Source: Anaeromyxobacteraceae bacterium (GTDB taxonomy: Bacteria; Myxococcota; Myxococcia; Myxococcales; Anaeromyxobacteraceae). Taken from it: a DNA stretch of 64,000 bases. Positions 28,196-38,406 of the stretch are shown here, piece after piece. The notes below the pieces were generated by a model. It was not told the DNA's origin and did no database searches. It saw only the letters and a program-made list of their open reading frames with translations. How positions within the stretch are numbered: the first letter of the stretch is position 1; the number at the start of each line of letters is the position of its first letter. The stretch spans positions 1,088,001 to 1,152,000 of the forward strand of contig JASGHJ010000001.1 in NCBI GenBank assembly GCA_047602405.1, in the 5' to 3' direction. Both the position numbers and the translations under genes were made by a program.

Positions 28196-29845
28196 TCACC
28201 GGAGCCCCTCGGGCGCCGGCGGCCCGGTCCACGTGCCGCGCGCACGACGCTCGTAGACGGTGACGAGCGGCACGCCCATCCGCGTGACGGCGTGGATCGG
28301 CCGGCCCATCTCCGGCAGGCAGCGGTAGCGCGGGGTCGCGACGAGGAGGTCCGGGTCGGCGTCGAAGCGCACGACCACGAAGGGCCCCGTGGGCTGCGCC
28401 TCCTCCAGCCAGTAGCCGACGAGGAACTCCGCCGCGCAGTCCGCGACGCGCACCGGGCCCGACGGGCGGTAGTGCCGGACGACGTCCTCGATCGCCTGCC
28501 GGTAGCTCTGGCCCCAGTAGTCGGTCTCGAACCGGCCCGCGGCGCCGGGGAGCCCGCCGACCGTGACGCGGTTGAAATAGACGGTCTCGTACGGGTGGAG
28601 CCGGGCCATGTCGACCGCGGTCAGCGCGAGCGAGCCCGCGACGGCGGCGGCGAGCGCGAGGCGCGCCGGGCGCGGCACCATGCGGTCACCGAGGAACCGC
28701 ACGAGCCCGGCCGCCATCAGCACCGCGAGCGGCGGCAGCACGAACAGGAACTGCCGGTGCCCGTCGTACATCACCGGGCGGAGCAGGAGGACCGTGAGGA
28801 ACGGGAACGCGACCGCGAAGCCGACCGCGCCGAGGTCGAGCGCGGCGCGGAGCGGGCCCGCGCCGTGGTGGCCGGGCGCGGGCGCACGCGCCACGTGCCG
28901 GCGCAGCGCGAGGCCCATCGCGGCCGCGCCGGCGAGGAGCGCGAGGAGGTGCGCCTCCGGCAGCGTGATGGTGAACCAGGTCGGCAGGTAGCGGAGCGGC
29001 AGCCGGAGCGCCCAGACCTGCTGGCCGTCGAAGAGCACGTTGCCGTTCCAGTCGAACCGCGTCGCGGCGCGGATCGCCTCGAACGGGCGCGTGAACGGCC
29101 CCTCGAGCGCCCAGGGCCAGCACGCGAGCATCACCGGCCAGGCGACCGCGACCACCGCGAGGAGCCGGGGCGCGAGCGCGCGCGCGGCGGCGAGCGCGGG
29201 CCGCGGGCCGCGCCACGGCAGGAGCGCGGAGGCCGTCCAGAGGAGCCCGACGTAGCCGAGGAGGAACGCGCCGCCCACCCGCACGCCGAGCGCGGCGCCG
29301 GTGGCGAGGCCCGTGAGCACGACGAGCCGCCACGGCACGCGCGGCGCCTCGTGCGCGGCGCGCACCATCGCGAGGAGCGCCAGGGTCGCGAAGGCCGCGA
29401 ACGGCACGTCCTTCGGGTTCGCGAAGGTGTGCCCGTACCACGCCGGCACGAGCGCGAGGAGGAGCGCCGCGAGGAGCCCGGCCGCCTCGCCTGCGACGAG
29501 CGCGCCGAGGCGCCAGGTGGCCGCGACGCCGGCGAGCCCGAGGAGCGCGCTCGCGAGGTGCCGCGTCTCGTAGACGCCGAAGGGCGAGGCGCGCGCGAGG
29601 AGGTTGGCCGGGACGTCGAAGAGCCCGCCGTAGAGCCAGAGGTTCGAGAACGTCATCGCCGACCGGTCGGTGAACCCGGACGCCCACCAGCGGATGACGT
29701 GGTCGCCGTAGCGGCGCTGGAGCTCCTCGTCCCAGACCGTCCCGTACCCGCGGAACGTGGCGAGGACGAGCGCGAGGAGGAGGCCGAGGAGGGCCAGCCC
29801 GGCAAGCCGCCACCGGTGGCCCGTGATGGCATCGCGTTCGACCAT
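28196..29845 (-). CDS. GT-C fold membrane glycosyltransferase (ArnT/PMT-like)
   Basis: WDE motif after TM1, YGGLFD, NPKDVPFA, many TM helices, ETDYWG. Confidence 0.8.
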   Translation of the reverse strand: MVERDAITGHRWRLAGLALLGLLLALVLATFRGYGTVWDEELQRRYGDHVIRWWASGFTDRSAMTFSNLWLYGGLFDVPANLLARASPFGVYETRHLASALLGLAGVAATWRLGALVAGEAAGLLAALLLALVPAWYGHTFANPKDVPFAAFATLALLAMVRAAHEAPRVPWRLVVLTGLATGAALGVRVGGAFLLGYVGLLWTASALLPWRGPRPALAAARALAPRLLAVVAVAWPVMLACWPWALEGPFTRPFEAIRAATRFDWNGNVLFDGQQVWALRLPLRYLPTWFTITLPEAHLLALLAGAAAMGLALRRHVARAPAPGHHGAGPLRAALDLGAVGFAVAFPFLTVLLLRPVMYDGHRQFLFVLPPLAVLMAAGLVRFLGDRMVPRPARLALAAAVAGSLALTAVDMARLHPYETVYFNRVTVGGLPGAAGRFETDYWGQSYRQAIEDVVRHYRPSGPVRVADCAAEFLVGYWLEEAQPTGPFVVVRFDADPDLLVATPRYRCLPEMGRPIHAVTRMGVPLVTVYERRARGTWTGPPAPEGLR

Positions 29846-29976
29846 GGGTCAATCCGGTGGGCGGTCGGTTCAGCGCTGCGTCCGCGTCGATGGGCGAATT
29901 GATCGATTCTGGGGCCGCCCCGACCCCGAACGCCTCCCGGAAGGGTGTAGCCTGGAACGCCGGGGAGGGGAAGCCG

Positions 29977-31830
29977 ATGGACGAGGTTCGACCGGCGGCG
30001 CGAGGGCCCGCCTGGCGCGGGTACGCACTCGCGGTGGTGGCGACCGCCCTCGCGTTCTTCGTGCGGGCCGTGCTCCAGCCCTGGCTCGCCCCTCCGTTCA
30101 TCCTCTTCTACCCGGTCGTCCTCCTCGTGGCGCTCGGGTGCGGCCGCGGGCCGGGGCTCGTGGCCACCGCGCTCGCGTCGACGCTCACGCTCGTGTTCGT
30201 CCTGCCGACGAGCGGGCCCCAGGCGGCGCCGGGGGTCGGCTTCGCGGTGGCGGCGTTCTCCGGCGTCTGCGTCGCCGTCAGCCTGCTGTCGGGCCGCTTC
30301 AGGGAGCTGCAGGAGCGCGTCGCCCGGTCGGAGGCGCAGCGGGACTTCCGGGCGCTCTTCGATCAGGCCGCCGTGGGCATGGCCGAGACCGACCTCGAGA
30401 CGGGCCGGTTCGTGCGCGTCAACGATCGCCTGTGCGAGCTCCTGGGCTATCCACGCGAGGAGCTCCTCGCGCTGCGCATCCAGGACGTCACGCACCCGGA
30501 GGATCTGGTGTCGGCCCGGGAGGGCGTGGCGCGCATGCGGGCGCGCGGCGAGCCCTACCGCGTGGCCAAGCGCTACGTGTGCAAGGGCGGCGCGGTCCGC
30601 TCGGTCCGGCTCACCGCGGCGCCGCTCTCGGCGCCGGGAGGGCCGGCCCGGCGCGCCGTGGCCGTGATCGAGGACGAGACCGAGCTGCGCGCGCTCGGGG
30701 ACCAGCTCCGGCAGGCCCAGAAGCTCGAGAGCGTCGGGCGGCTCGCGGGCGGCGTCGCGCACGACTTCAACAACCTCCTGACCGTCATCCTCGGGTGCGT
30801 CGAGGTCGCCCGGCAGGACCGCGCGGACGGCCAGCCGGTGAGCCCCGAGGATCTCGACGAGATCCGCGGGGCGGCGCTGCGCGCCCGGGATCTCACCCGC
30901 CAGCTCCTCACCTTCGCGCGCAAGGGCGTGGCCGAGCCGGTGCCGCTCGACCTCGCCGCGGTGGTGCGCGACACCGAGAAGCTCCTGCGCCGCGCCCTCG
31001 GCGAGGACGTCGGGCTCGCGCTCGAGCTCGAGGCCGCGCCCTGGACCGTGGTCGCCGACCGCGGACAGCTCGAGCAGGTGCTCGTGAACCTGGCCGTGAA
31101 CGGACGGGACGCGATGGGGCCCGGCGGGCGGGTCGAGGTCTCGGTGCGGAACGTCGAGGCCGAGGCGGCCGGGCGGCGCTCGCCCCTGCTCGCCGGGAGG
31201 GACTGGGTGTCGATCGCGGTCCGCGACACCGGCAGCGGCATGTCGGAGGTGGTGAAGGCCCACCTCTTCGAGCCGTTCTTCACGACGAAGCCCGTCGGGA
31301 AGGGCACCGGCCTGGGCCTCGCGAGCGTGCACGGGATCGCCACGCAGGCCGGAGGCCACGTCCTCGTGGAGAGCGCGGAAGGCCGGGGCACCACGGTCGA
31401 GGTGCTCCTGCCGCGGGACCGGGCCCCGCGCGCGGGTGACGGGGGCGGCGCGCCGGAGCGGCGGGGGACCGAGACCGTGCTCGTCGTGGAGGACGACGCC
31501 GCGGTCCGCGCGGTCACGACGCGCACGCTCGAGCGCGCCGGCTACCGCGTGCTCCAGGCTGCCGACGGGGCCGAGGCGCTCGAGGCCGCGCGCGCCCACC
31601 CGGTCGTCCGCGCGGTCGTCACCGACGTGGTCATGCCGGGGATGCCGCTCGCCGAGCTCGTGGACGGGCTCCGCCAGACGCTGCCCGGCGTGAAGGTGCT
31701 CTACGTGTCGGGGTGCCCGAACGACGTGCTGGGTGAGCGCGGGATCGCGGCCGCGCGGGACGAGCTCCTCACGAAGCCGTTCCCGCCCGAGGCGCTGCTC
31801 GCGCGGCTGCGGCAGGTGCTCTCGGCCTGA
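29977..31830 (+). CDS. Hybrid sensor histidine kinase (membrane sensor-PAS-HisKA-HATPase-REC)
   Basis: THPED PAS, AHDFNNLL, NLAVNGRDAM, DTGSGM, FEPFFTTK, GTGLGL, VLVVEDD, TDVVMPG. Confidence 0.93.
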   Translation: MDEVRPAARGPAWRGYALAVVATALAFFVRAVLQPWLAPPFILFYPVVLLVALGCGRGPGLVATALASTLTLVFVLPTSGPQAAPGVGFAVAAFSGVCVAVSLLSGRFRELQERVARSEAQRDFRALFDQAAVGMAETDLETGRFVRVNDRLCELLGYPREELLALRIQDVTHPEDLVSAREGVARMRARGEPYRVAKRYVCKGGAVRSVRLTAAPLSAPGGPARRAVAVIEDETELRALGDQLRQAQKLESVGRLAGGVAHDFNNLLTVILGCVEVARQDRADGQPVSPEDLDEIRGAALRARDLTRQLLTFARKGVAEPVPLDLAAVVRDTEKLLRRALGEDVGLALELEAAPWTVVADRGQLEQVLVNLAVNGRDAMGPGGRVEVSVRNVEAEAAGRRSPLLAGRDWVSIAVRDTGSGMSEVVKAHLFEPFFTTKPVGKGTGLGLASVHGIATQAGGHVLVESAEGRGTTVEVLLPRDRAPRAGDGGGAPERRGTETVLVVEDDAAVRAVTTRTLERAGYRVLQAADGAEALEAARAHPVVRAVVTDVVMPGMPLAELVDGLRQTLPGVKVLYVSGCPNDVLGERGIAAARDELLTKPFPPEALLARLRQVLSA

Positions 31831-31903
31831 GGCCGAGGCCCGGGGCCAGCGCTCGACGCGCCACCGGCCGGCGGCGCGGAGCTGCGGGCGCGGCGCGGTC
31901 GCG

Positions 31904-32134
31904 CTAGGCGGCGAGGCCGAGGGCGACGAGCGCCTCGGAGCCGTGCGCGACGGCGCGGGCGAACTCGTCCGGCGTGCGGCAGGGCCTGCCGTTGCGCGCG
32001 TCCTCCTCGGCGAACTCCTGGATGACGGCCTGGATCGGGCCGAGCGGGCGGCCGAGCAGGAACGCGGCGTTCCGGCCGCGGTCGTATTCTGCGTAGCACT
32101 GCCGGTAGAGCTCGTAGAGCGCGGACGTGGTCAT
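31904..32134 (-). CDS. Small hypothetical protein
   Basis: GGGAGG RBS upstream of ATG; 76 aa with non-shadow composition. Confidence 0.5.
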   Translation of the reverse strand: MTTSALYELYRQCYAEYDRGRNAAFLLGRPLGPIQAVIQEFAEEDARNGRPCRTPDEFARAVAHGSEALVALGLAA

Positions 32135-32500
32135 CGGGCCTCCCGCTGGCTCCGATTGCCCCTCACCCGCCGCCGCCCGCCTGCCTCGTGGAGCCAGGCA
32201 CCTCCCATCGTGATCGCCGCGATCGACGATTTCAAGGCGGAGTGGTGACTACACCGTGAGCAACTGATCGTCGAGCGGGCACCAGATTCCGGGCAGCGCG
32301 CCAAGCCCGCGAAACGAGATCGAAAGCGGCGCGGCGTGACCGCGCGCCGCGCCCGGACCCTCGAAAGAAAGGTGCGCGGGGTCGCCGCGCCGGCCCCCCG
32401 TATCCACGGGGCACAGGGCCGATGCCGCACTGCGACGGATCGCGGGGCACCTCGCGTGTCCGGCACCCGGGATCCCGCGGGGTTGCGCGGCCGGAGCCCC

Positions 32501-32516
32501 TGGCCCGCGGCTTGCT
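32501..32516 (+). promoter_or_regulatory. sigma54 promoter of exbB-exbD-tonB-receptor operon
   Basis: TGGCCCGCGGCTTGCT matches TGGC-N7-TTGC. Confidence 0.65.
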
Positions 32517-32735
32517 CAGGGCCGCCCTCAGGGGACTCACACAGGGTGATGTAATCGGCGTTCACGCCGTTCGTACGCAGCGGCGGCGGGGACGGAGGCG
32601 GTACCCGCGAGGGCCGGTGACGGTTCACCGCACCTCGGGGGTTCACACCCCGAAACCGGACGGACTGCGCAGCGACGAACCACGAACCAGGGCGGCCGCG
32701 AGAAGCGCCGCCAGGAAACACGGAGCTCGAAGGTC

Positions 32736-33401
32736 ATGACGAACGCACTCTTCCAGCTGTTCACGCGAGCCGGCGCCGAGTGGGTGATGCTGCTGCTCGT
32801 CGCGCTCTCGGTCGCCTCGCTCGCGATCGCCCTCGAGCGCTTCCTCTTCTTCACCCGCAACGGCCGCGCGCTGACGCCCGACCTCCTCGCCCTGCTGTCG
32901 GGCGGGAAGCTCGAGGAGGCCCAGATGCGCGTGGGCGGGCGGCCCGGCCTCGAGGCGCAGGTCGCGCGCGCGGCGCTCGCTGCGGCCGACGGCGGCCCGG
33001 GCTCGGTCGACCAGGCGGTCGCGGCGACCATCGCCACGGCGCGCCCCGGCTACGAGCGCGGCCTGTCGTTCCTGGGCACCCTCGGCGCGAACGCGCCGTT
33101 CCTGGGGCTCTTCGGCACGGTCGTCGGCATCATCCAGGCGTTCTCGCAGCTCTCGCTCGGCTCCGCGAAGGGCCAGGCCGCGGCCCAGGTGATGGGTGGC
33201 ATCTCCGAGGCGCTCGTCGCCACCGCGGTGGGCATCCTCGTCGCCATCCCGGCGGTCGTCGCCTTCAACGGCTACCAGCGCTGGCTGAAGAACCTCACCG
33301 CCCGCGCCGAGGCCGTCGGCCACGCCCTGCGCACCCACCTCGAGCGCGACGACGTCCGCGAGCCGGCCCTGCGCCGCGCCCGCGAGGCGCGGGCCGCGTA
33401 A
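32736..33401 (+). CDS. exbB: MotA/TolQ/ExbB proton channel protein
   Basis: LGTLGANAPFLGLFGTVVGII, GISEALVATAVGILVAIPA. Confidence 0.9.
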   Translation: MTNALFQLFTRAGAEWVMLLLVALSVASLAIALERFLFFTRNGRALTPDLLALLSGGKLEEAQMRVGGRPGLEAQVARAALAAADGGPGSVDQAVAATIATARPGYERGLSFLGTLGANAPFLGLFGTVVGIIQAFSQLSLGSAKGQAAAQVMGGISEALVATAVGILVAIPAVVAFNGYQRWLKNLTARAEAVGHALRTHLERDDVREPALRRAREARAA

Positions 33402-33411
33402 GGAGCGACCC

Positions 33412-33849
33412 ATGGCCGGCCACGCCACCACGGGCGACGACGCCATCACCGGCATCAACGTCACCCCGCTCGTCGACATCGTCCTCGTGCTGCTCATCAT
33501 CTTCATGGTCACCGCCAGCTACATCGTGAAGGACGCCATCGATGTGGATCTTCCTCGCGCCGCGTCCGGCGGCGAGACCGTGGGCGAGACGCTCTCCTTC
33601 GCGATCGACAAGGACGCGAAGCTCTTCCTCGACGGCCGCCCGGTCGATCCCGCCGCCGCGCGGGCCGCGGTCCAGGCCGCGGTCGGCCGCTCGAAGGACG
33701 CCCGCGCGCTCATCGGCGCCGACCGGGCCGTCGCGCACGGCGAGGTCGTCGCGCTCATCGACCTCGTGAAGTCCGAGGGCATGGCGAAGTTCGCCATCCA
33801 GATCGTCCGCGACGACGCCGCGAAGGCCGCCGCCGGGGCCACGCCGTGA
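33412..33849 (+). CDS. exbD: ExbD/TolR protein
   Basis: INVTPLVDIVLVLLIIFMVT, VDLP, IGADR. Confidence 0.92.
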   Translation: MAGHATTGDDAITGINVTPLVDIVLVLLIIFMVTASYIVKDAIDVDLPRAASGGETVGETLSFAIDKDAKLFLDGRPVDPAAARAAVQAAVGRSKDARALIGADRAVAHGEVVALIDLVKSEGMAKFAIQIVRDDAAKAAAGATP

Positions 33850-34589
33850 CCACCCTCGAGCCCACCTCCACGCCCCGCAAGCGGATCCTCGCGCTCGCCG
33901 CGGTGGGCTCGCTCGCGCTGCACGCCGGCGGCATCGCGCTCGCGGCGCACCTGCCGCCGCCGGTCGCCGAGGTCCGCCCGCCCCCGGTCGAGGTCGCGTT
34001 CGAGGTCGCGGACCCCCCGCCGCCCGCCGCGCCGCCGAAGGCCGAGCCCCCGCCGCCGGCCCCCGCGCCGCGTCCGGTCATGGTGAAGGCGCCGGCCCCC
34101 GTCGAGCCGCCCCCGCCGCCGCCCTCCTCCGAGCCGCCGCCGCCGGAGCAGCCGAAGGCCCGCGCCGTGCCGCGCGTCGGCATCACCCTCGGCTCGACCG
34201 CCACCGGCGGCGGCTTCGCCGTGGGCGTCGGCAACACGCTCTACGGGAAGGCCTCCACCACCGCGGCCGACCCGGCCTCCGTGAAGCCGTACGCTGGCCC
34301 GTCGACGCCGCCCGCGCGCCTCTCGGCGCAGCCGCGGCTCGTCGGCCGGCCCGAGGTGCCCTACCCGCCCGACGCGCGCAAGGCCGGCGTCGAGGGCCGG
34401 GTGCTGCTCCTCCTCCGCATCGCGGCCGACGGCCGGGTGGCCGCCGCCACCGTCCTCGCCGACCCCGGCGCCGGCCTGGGCGAGGCCGCCCGCGCCGCCG
34501 CGCTCGCCTTCCGGTTCACGCCCGCGCTCGTCGAGGGCGAGGCGGTCGAGACCGAGCTCCGCTTCACGTACACGTTCGTCCTGGAGTGA
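33846..34589 (+). CDS. tonB: TonB energy transducer
   Basis: TM anchor with SLALH (SHLS motif), Pro-rich linker, YPPDARKAGVEG C-terminal domain. Confidence 0.88.
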   Translation: MTTLEPTSTPRKRILALAAVGSLALHAGGIALAAHLPPPVAEVRPPPVEVAFEVADPPPPAAPPKAEPPPPAPAPRPVMVKAPAPVEPPPPPPSSEPPPPEQPKARAVPRVGITLGSTATGGGFAVGVGNTLYGKASTTAADPASVKPYAGPSTPPARLSAQPRLVGRPEVPYPPDARKAGVEGRVLLLLRIAADGRVAAATVLADPGAGLGEAARAAALAFRFTPALVEGEAVETELRFTYTFVLE

Positions 34590-34593
34590 AACC

Positions 34594-37173
34594 ATGCTGC
34601 CCCGCCTCCTCGTCGCCGTCCTGATCCTCCTCGCGCTCGGCGCGCTCCCCCCGCGCGTCCGCGCGGACGAGCCCGCCGGCGTCCTCACGAAGCCGCCCGC
34701 CGTCGTGCACGACGCGACGCCCGAGTTCCCGGAGGCCGCGAAGGCCGAGGGCGCGACCGGCGTCGTCGCCCTCGAGCTCGAGCTCTCCGAGCAGGGCGAG
34801 GTGGTCGACGCGGTCGTGACCCAGCCCGCCGGCCACGGCTTCGACGAGGCGGCGCTGGCCGCGGCGAGGAAGCTCGTGTTCTCGCCCGCGGAGGTGGACG
34901 GGAAGCCGTCCCCGGTCCGGATCGAGTACCGCTTCAACTTCACGCTCGCCGCCGCGCCCGCGCCCCAGGCGCCTCCCCAGGTCAACCTGCGCGGCCGGGT
35001 GGTGGAGCGCGGCAGCCGGGAGCCGGTGGTCGGCGCGCTCGTCACGGCGGGCGGGAAGCGCGCGGTCACCGGCGCCGACGGCCGCTTCGAGCTCGCGGGC
35101 GTGCCGGACGGCAAGGTGCAGGTGGTCGTCGAGGACGGCGCCCACGCGACCTTCCGGAGCGAGGAGGAGATCCTCCCCGGCCAGGCGACCGAGCTCACGG
35201 CCTGGGTGCGCCGCACCGCCGCCGACGCCTACGAGCTCACGGTCGTCGGCGAGCGCGAGAAGAAGGAGGTCGCGCACGTCGCCCTCTCCTCGATGGAGGT
35301 CCGCAAGGTGCCGGGCGTCTCCGGCGACGCGGTGAAGGTCATCCAGAACCTGCCCGGCGTCGCCCGCCCGTCCGCGATGTCCGGCGAGCTCATCGTCCGC
35401 GGCGGCAACGCGCGCGACACCCGCGTCTACGTCGACGGCCACGAGGTCCCGCAGGTGTTCCACTTCGGCGGGCTCACGAGCGTCTACTCGTCCGACCTCA
35501 TCAAGGACGTCGAGTTCGAGGCGGGCAACTTCGGCGCGCGCTACGGCCGCGCCATCGGCGGCCGGGTCAACCTCGAGACCCGCGACCCGGGCGAGAAGGT
35601 GCACGCGCTCGCCGACATGAACCTCTACCACGCGACCGCGCTCTGGGAGGGCAAGGCCGCCGAGGACCTCACCCTCGCCGTGGCGGCGCGCCGCTCCTAC
35701 GCCGACGCGATGATCAAGGCGGCGGTGAAGCAGATGGACGACCCGCCCTCGCTGTCGGTCGCGCCGCGCTACTACGACCTGCAGCTCAAGGGCGCGTGGA
35801 AGCCCCGGCCCGAGGACGCGGTCCGCTTCGACGTCTACGGCTCCGACGACCGGATGAAGATGACCGGGTTCGACTCCGGCACGCTCGAGAACATCGACGG
35901 CATCGACCTCGGCACGAAGTTCTGGGCGGCCTCGGTGCGGTGGACGCACCGGTTCGACGAGGACACCCGGCTCGAGCTCGACCTCGGCGGCGGCGTCGCC
36001 GAGTTCGACCTGGACCTCTCGACCGTGTTCCAGGACCACGAGAAGGTTCCGAACACGACCGGCCGGGTCGAGCTGCACCACACGTTCGGCAAGCGGGCGC
36101 GGATGGTCGCGGGCTTCGACGGCACGGGCTACCTCGGCACCCAGCTCACCGTCACCGCGCCCGAGATCCCGCCGCCCGGCGAGGTCCCCTCGCCCGGCGC
36201 GCCCAGCCGGCGGTTCCACAAGTCGACGAGCGCAGGCGAGGGCGGCGTGTTCGTCGAGGGCACCTTCGAGCCGGTGGACGGCCTCACGGTCGTGCCGGGC
36301 CTGCGCGCCGACGTGCACCGGACGCTCGGCACGCTCGCGTGGGTGGACCCGCGGCTCGCGGTGCGCTGGAAGGTCGGCGAGAACCTCGCGCTCAAGGGCG
36401 CGGTCGGCCTCTACCACCAGGCGCCGCCCATCGTCTACATGACGCGCGAGTGGGGAAACCCGGACCTCGGCCCGGAGGGCGCGCGCCAGTACGCGGTCGG
36501 CGCGGAGCAGAAGCTCTTCGGGAAGGTCTCGCTCGACCTGCAGCTCTACTGGAAGGAGCTCTACGACCTCGCGCTGCCGTCGAGCGCGGTCGTCGAGCGC
36601 GACGGGCAGCAGGTGCTCGAGCGCTACCGGTCGGCCGGCACCGGCCGCTCCTACGGCGCGGAGCTGCTCCTGCGCTGGGATCCCGACGGCCGCTTCTTCG
36701 GCTGGGTCGCGTACTCGCTCTCGCGCACGAAGCGCGACCAGGCGCTCGCGAACGGCTCCTCCATCGAGACGCAGGGCGACGCCTACGACCAGCCGCACAA
36801 CGTCGTGGCCGTCGGCACCTGGGAGCTGCCCGAGGTCTGGGACGGCCTCTCCGCCGGGTTCCGCCTGCGCTACACGAGCGGCAACCCCTACGAGCCCATC
36901 GTCGGCGCGATCTACGACGCCGACGCCGACTACTGGTCGCCCATCGGCTCGGGCAAGTACTCGCGGCGGCAGCCGGCCTTCTTCCAGGCCGACCTGCGCG
37001 TCGATCGGAAGTGGACCTTCCGGACCTGGACCTTCACGGCCTACCTCGAGGTGCAGAACGCGACGAACCGCAAGAACCCCGAGGGCGTCGCGTACTCGGC
37101 CGACTACTCGCAGAAGGGCTGGATCACCGGCCTGCCCCTCTTCCCCGCCTTCGGTCTCCGGGCCGAGTACTGA
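34594..37173 (+). CDS. TonB-dependent receptor with N-terminal TonB-C and CarboxypepD_reg-like domains
   Basis: Signal peptide, PEFPEAAKAEG TonB-C domain, plug NLPGVAR..LIVRGG..YVDG..HFGG, barrel, C-terminal aromatic residue. Confidence 0.9.
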   Translation: MLPRLLVAVLILLALGALPPRVRADEPAGVLTKPPAVVHDATPEFPEAAKAEGATGVVALELELSEQGEVVDAVVTQPAGHGFDEAALAAARKLVFSPAEVDGKPSPVRIEYRFNFTLAAAPAPQAPPQVNLRGRVVERGSREPVVGALVTAGGKRAVTGADGRFELAGVPDGKVQVVVEDGAHATFRSEEEILPGQATELTAWVRRTAADAYELTVVGEREKKEVAHVALSSMEVRKVPGVSGDAVKVIQNLPGVARPSAMSGELIVRGGNARDTRVYVDGHEVPQVFHFGGLTSVYSSDLIKDVEFEAGNFGARYGRAIGGRVNLETRDPGEKVHALADMNLYHATALWEGKAAEDLTLAVAARRSYADAMIKAAVKQMDDPPSLSVAPRYYDLQLKGAWKPRPEDAVRFDVYGSDDRMKMTGFDSGTLENIDGIDLGTKFWAASVRWTHRFDEDTRLELDLGGGVAEFDLDLSTVFQDHEKVPNTTGRVELHHTFGKRARMVAGFDGTGYLGTQLTVTAPEIPPPGEVPSPGAPSRRFHKSTSAGEGGVFVEGTFEPVDGLTVVPGLRADVHRTLGTLAWVDPRLAVRWKVGENLALKGAVGLYHQAPPIVYMTREWGNPDLGPEGARQYAVGAEQKLFGKVSLDLQLYWKELYDLALPSSAVVERDGQQVLERYRSAGTGRSYGAELLLRWDPDGRFFGWVAYSLSRTKRDQALANGSSIETQGDAYDQPHNVVAVGTWELPEVWDGLSAGFRLRYTSGNPYEPIVGAIYDADADYWSPIGSGKYSRRQPAFFQADLRVDRKWTFRTWTFTAYLEVQNATNRKNPEGVAYSADYSQKGWITGLPLFPAFGLRAEY

Positions 37174-37184
37174 AAGTGAATTCC

Positions 37185-38309
37185 ATGAACACCCGCACCC
37201 CGCTCCTCCTGGCCGCCGCCGCGCTCGCGACCGCCTGCGGCCAGCCCGACTTCACGAAGCCCCAGCAGGTCACGAACCTGCGCGTCCTCGGCGCCCGCGC
37301 CGAGCCGCCGGAGGTCGCGCCGCCAGGCGACGTCTCGGCGCCGTCGCAGGCGACCCTCGGCGCGCTCGTCGCCCACCCGGACTTCGCCGCCGACCCGGCC
37401 CGCCGCGCGACGGTGCTCCACATCGCCTGCACCCCGGCCCCCGGCGCGGCGGGCGCGACGCCGTGCAGCGCGCTGTCCGAGCTCACCACCCCGACCGACG
37501 TGGTCGGCCTCGTCGACGTCGCGCTCGCGTGCACCTCGCCCGGGCTCGGGAAGGCGGGCGGCGTCACCTTCGCCGGCATCGAGGCGTGCGGCGCCGCGGG
37601 CTGCGAGCCCGTCACCGTGCGTCGGGACCCGGCGGACTCCGGCTCGGGCGTCACGCTCACCTCGCCGCGTTACGAGGTCCCCGCGGCCGCGTCGCTCGCG
37701 GCGCTGCCCGCGGGCCACCCGGACCGCGTGAACGGCGGCGAGATCACCGACCTCGTCCTCGCGCTCGATGCCGCACCGTCCGCCCTCGCGCCCACGGCCG
37801 CGGTCGCCGACGGCTGCGCGGCGCTCGCCGCGGTCGCCTCGAACTTCGCGGCCCGCTGGGCCGAGCGGCCGGGCGTCACCTCGCTGAAGCGGCTGCGCCT
37901 GCGCGGCCCGGAGGCGCCGTCCCCGGCGAACCAGAACCCGGCGCTCTCGGGCATCACCCTCGCCGGCGCCGCGCTGCCCGCGCCGGGCGGCGTCCCCGCG
38001 ACGCTCGCGGCGGGCGCGAAGCGGGATCTCCTGCCGGTGCTGCCGGGCGATCCCGCGGCGCTCGCGGAGCGTTACGTGGAGACCGATGCCGACGGGAAGC
38101 CGGTGCGCGAGAAGACGGAGGAGTGGGCGTACGCCTGGTTCACGACCGCGGGCGAGCTGAAGGACGCGTACACCCGCGGGGTGGACGACCCCGAGGAGCT
38201 CACCGCGCCGGCCGAGGGGCCCGTGCCCCTGCTCGTCTGGCTGGTGGTCCGCGACCTCCGCGGCGGCGTGAGCTGGACGGCGGGGTCGCTCCTCGTGCCG
38301 GCGCGGTGA
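37185..38309 (+). CDS. Lipoprotein partner of TonB-dependent receptor
   Basis: Lipobox LATAC; LRVLGARAEPPE, NQNP, WFTTAG, WLVVRDLRGGVSW motifs of myxobacterial TBDR-associated lipoproteins. Confidence 0.75.
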   Translation: MNTRTPLLLAAAALATACGQPDFTKPQQVTNLRVLGARAEPPEVAPPGDVSAPSQATLGALVAHPDFAADPARRATVLHIACTPAPGAAGATPCSALSELTTPTDVVGLVDVALACTSPGLGKAGGVTFAGIEACGAAGCEPVTVRRDPADSGSGVTLTSPRYEVPAAASLAALPAGHPDRVNGGEITDLVLALDAAPSALAPTAAVADGCAALAAVASNFAARWAERPGVTSLKRLRLRGPEAPSPANQNPALSGITLAGAALPAPGGVPATLAAGAKRDLLPVLPGDPAALAERYVETDADGKPVREKTEEWAYAWFTTAGELKDAYTRGVDDPEELTAPAEGPVPLLVWLVVRDLRGGVSWTAGSLLVPAR

Positions 38310-38325
38310 CTTCGCCCGTCTGCGG

Positions 38326-38376
38326 CCGTTCGTCCCGAGCGCAGGCCTGCCCCTGGCAGGCCGAAGTCGAGGGACG
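38326..38376 (-). repeat. REP-like palindromic repeat, copy 2
   Basis: CCGTTCGTCCCGAGCGCAG-GCCTGCCCCTGGCAGGC-CGAAGTCGAGGGAC. Confidence 0.75.
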
Positions 38377-38406
38377 TGACCATCGTCCCTCGGAAGGGAG
38401 GACGGC

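Noticed and set aside
32200..32735. Cobalamin riboswitch expected before a TonB-dependent receptor operon
   Set aside because: No GGGAA, CCACTG or B12-box (AGYCAGRAGACC) elements found; kept only as an unassigned structured leader.
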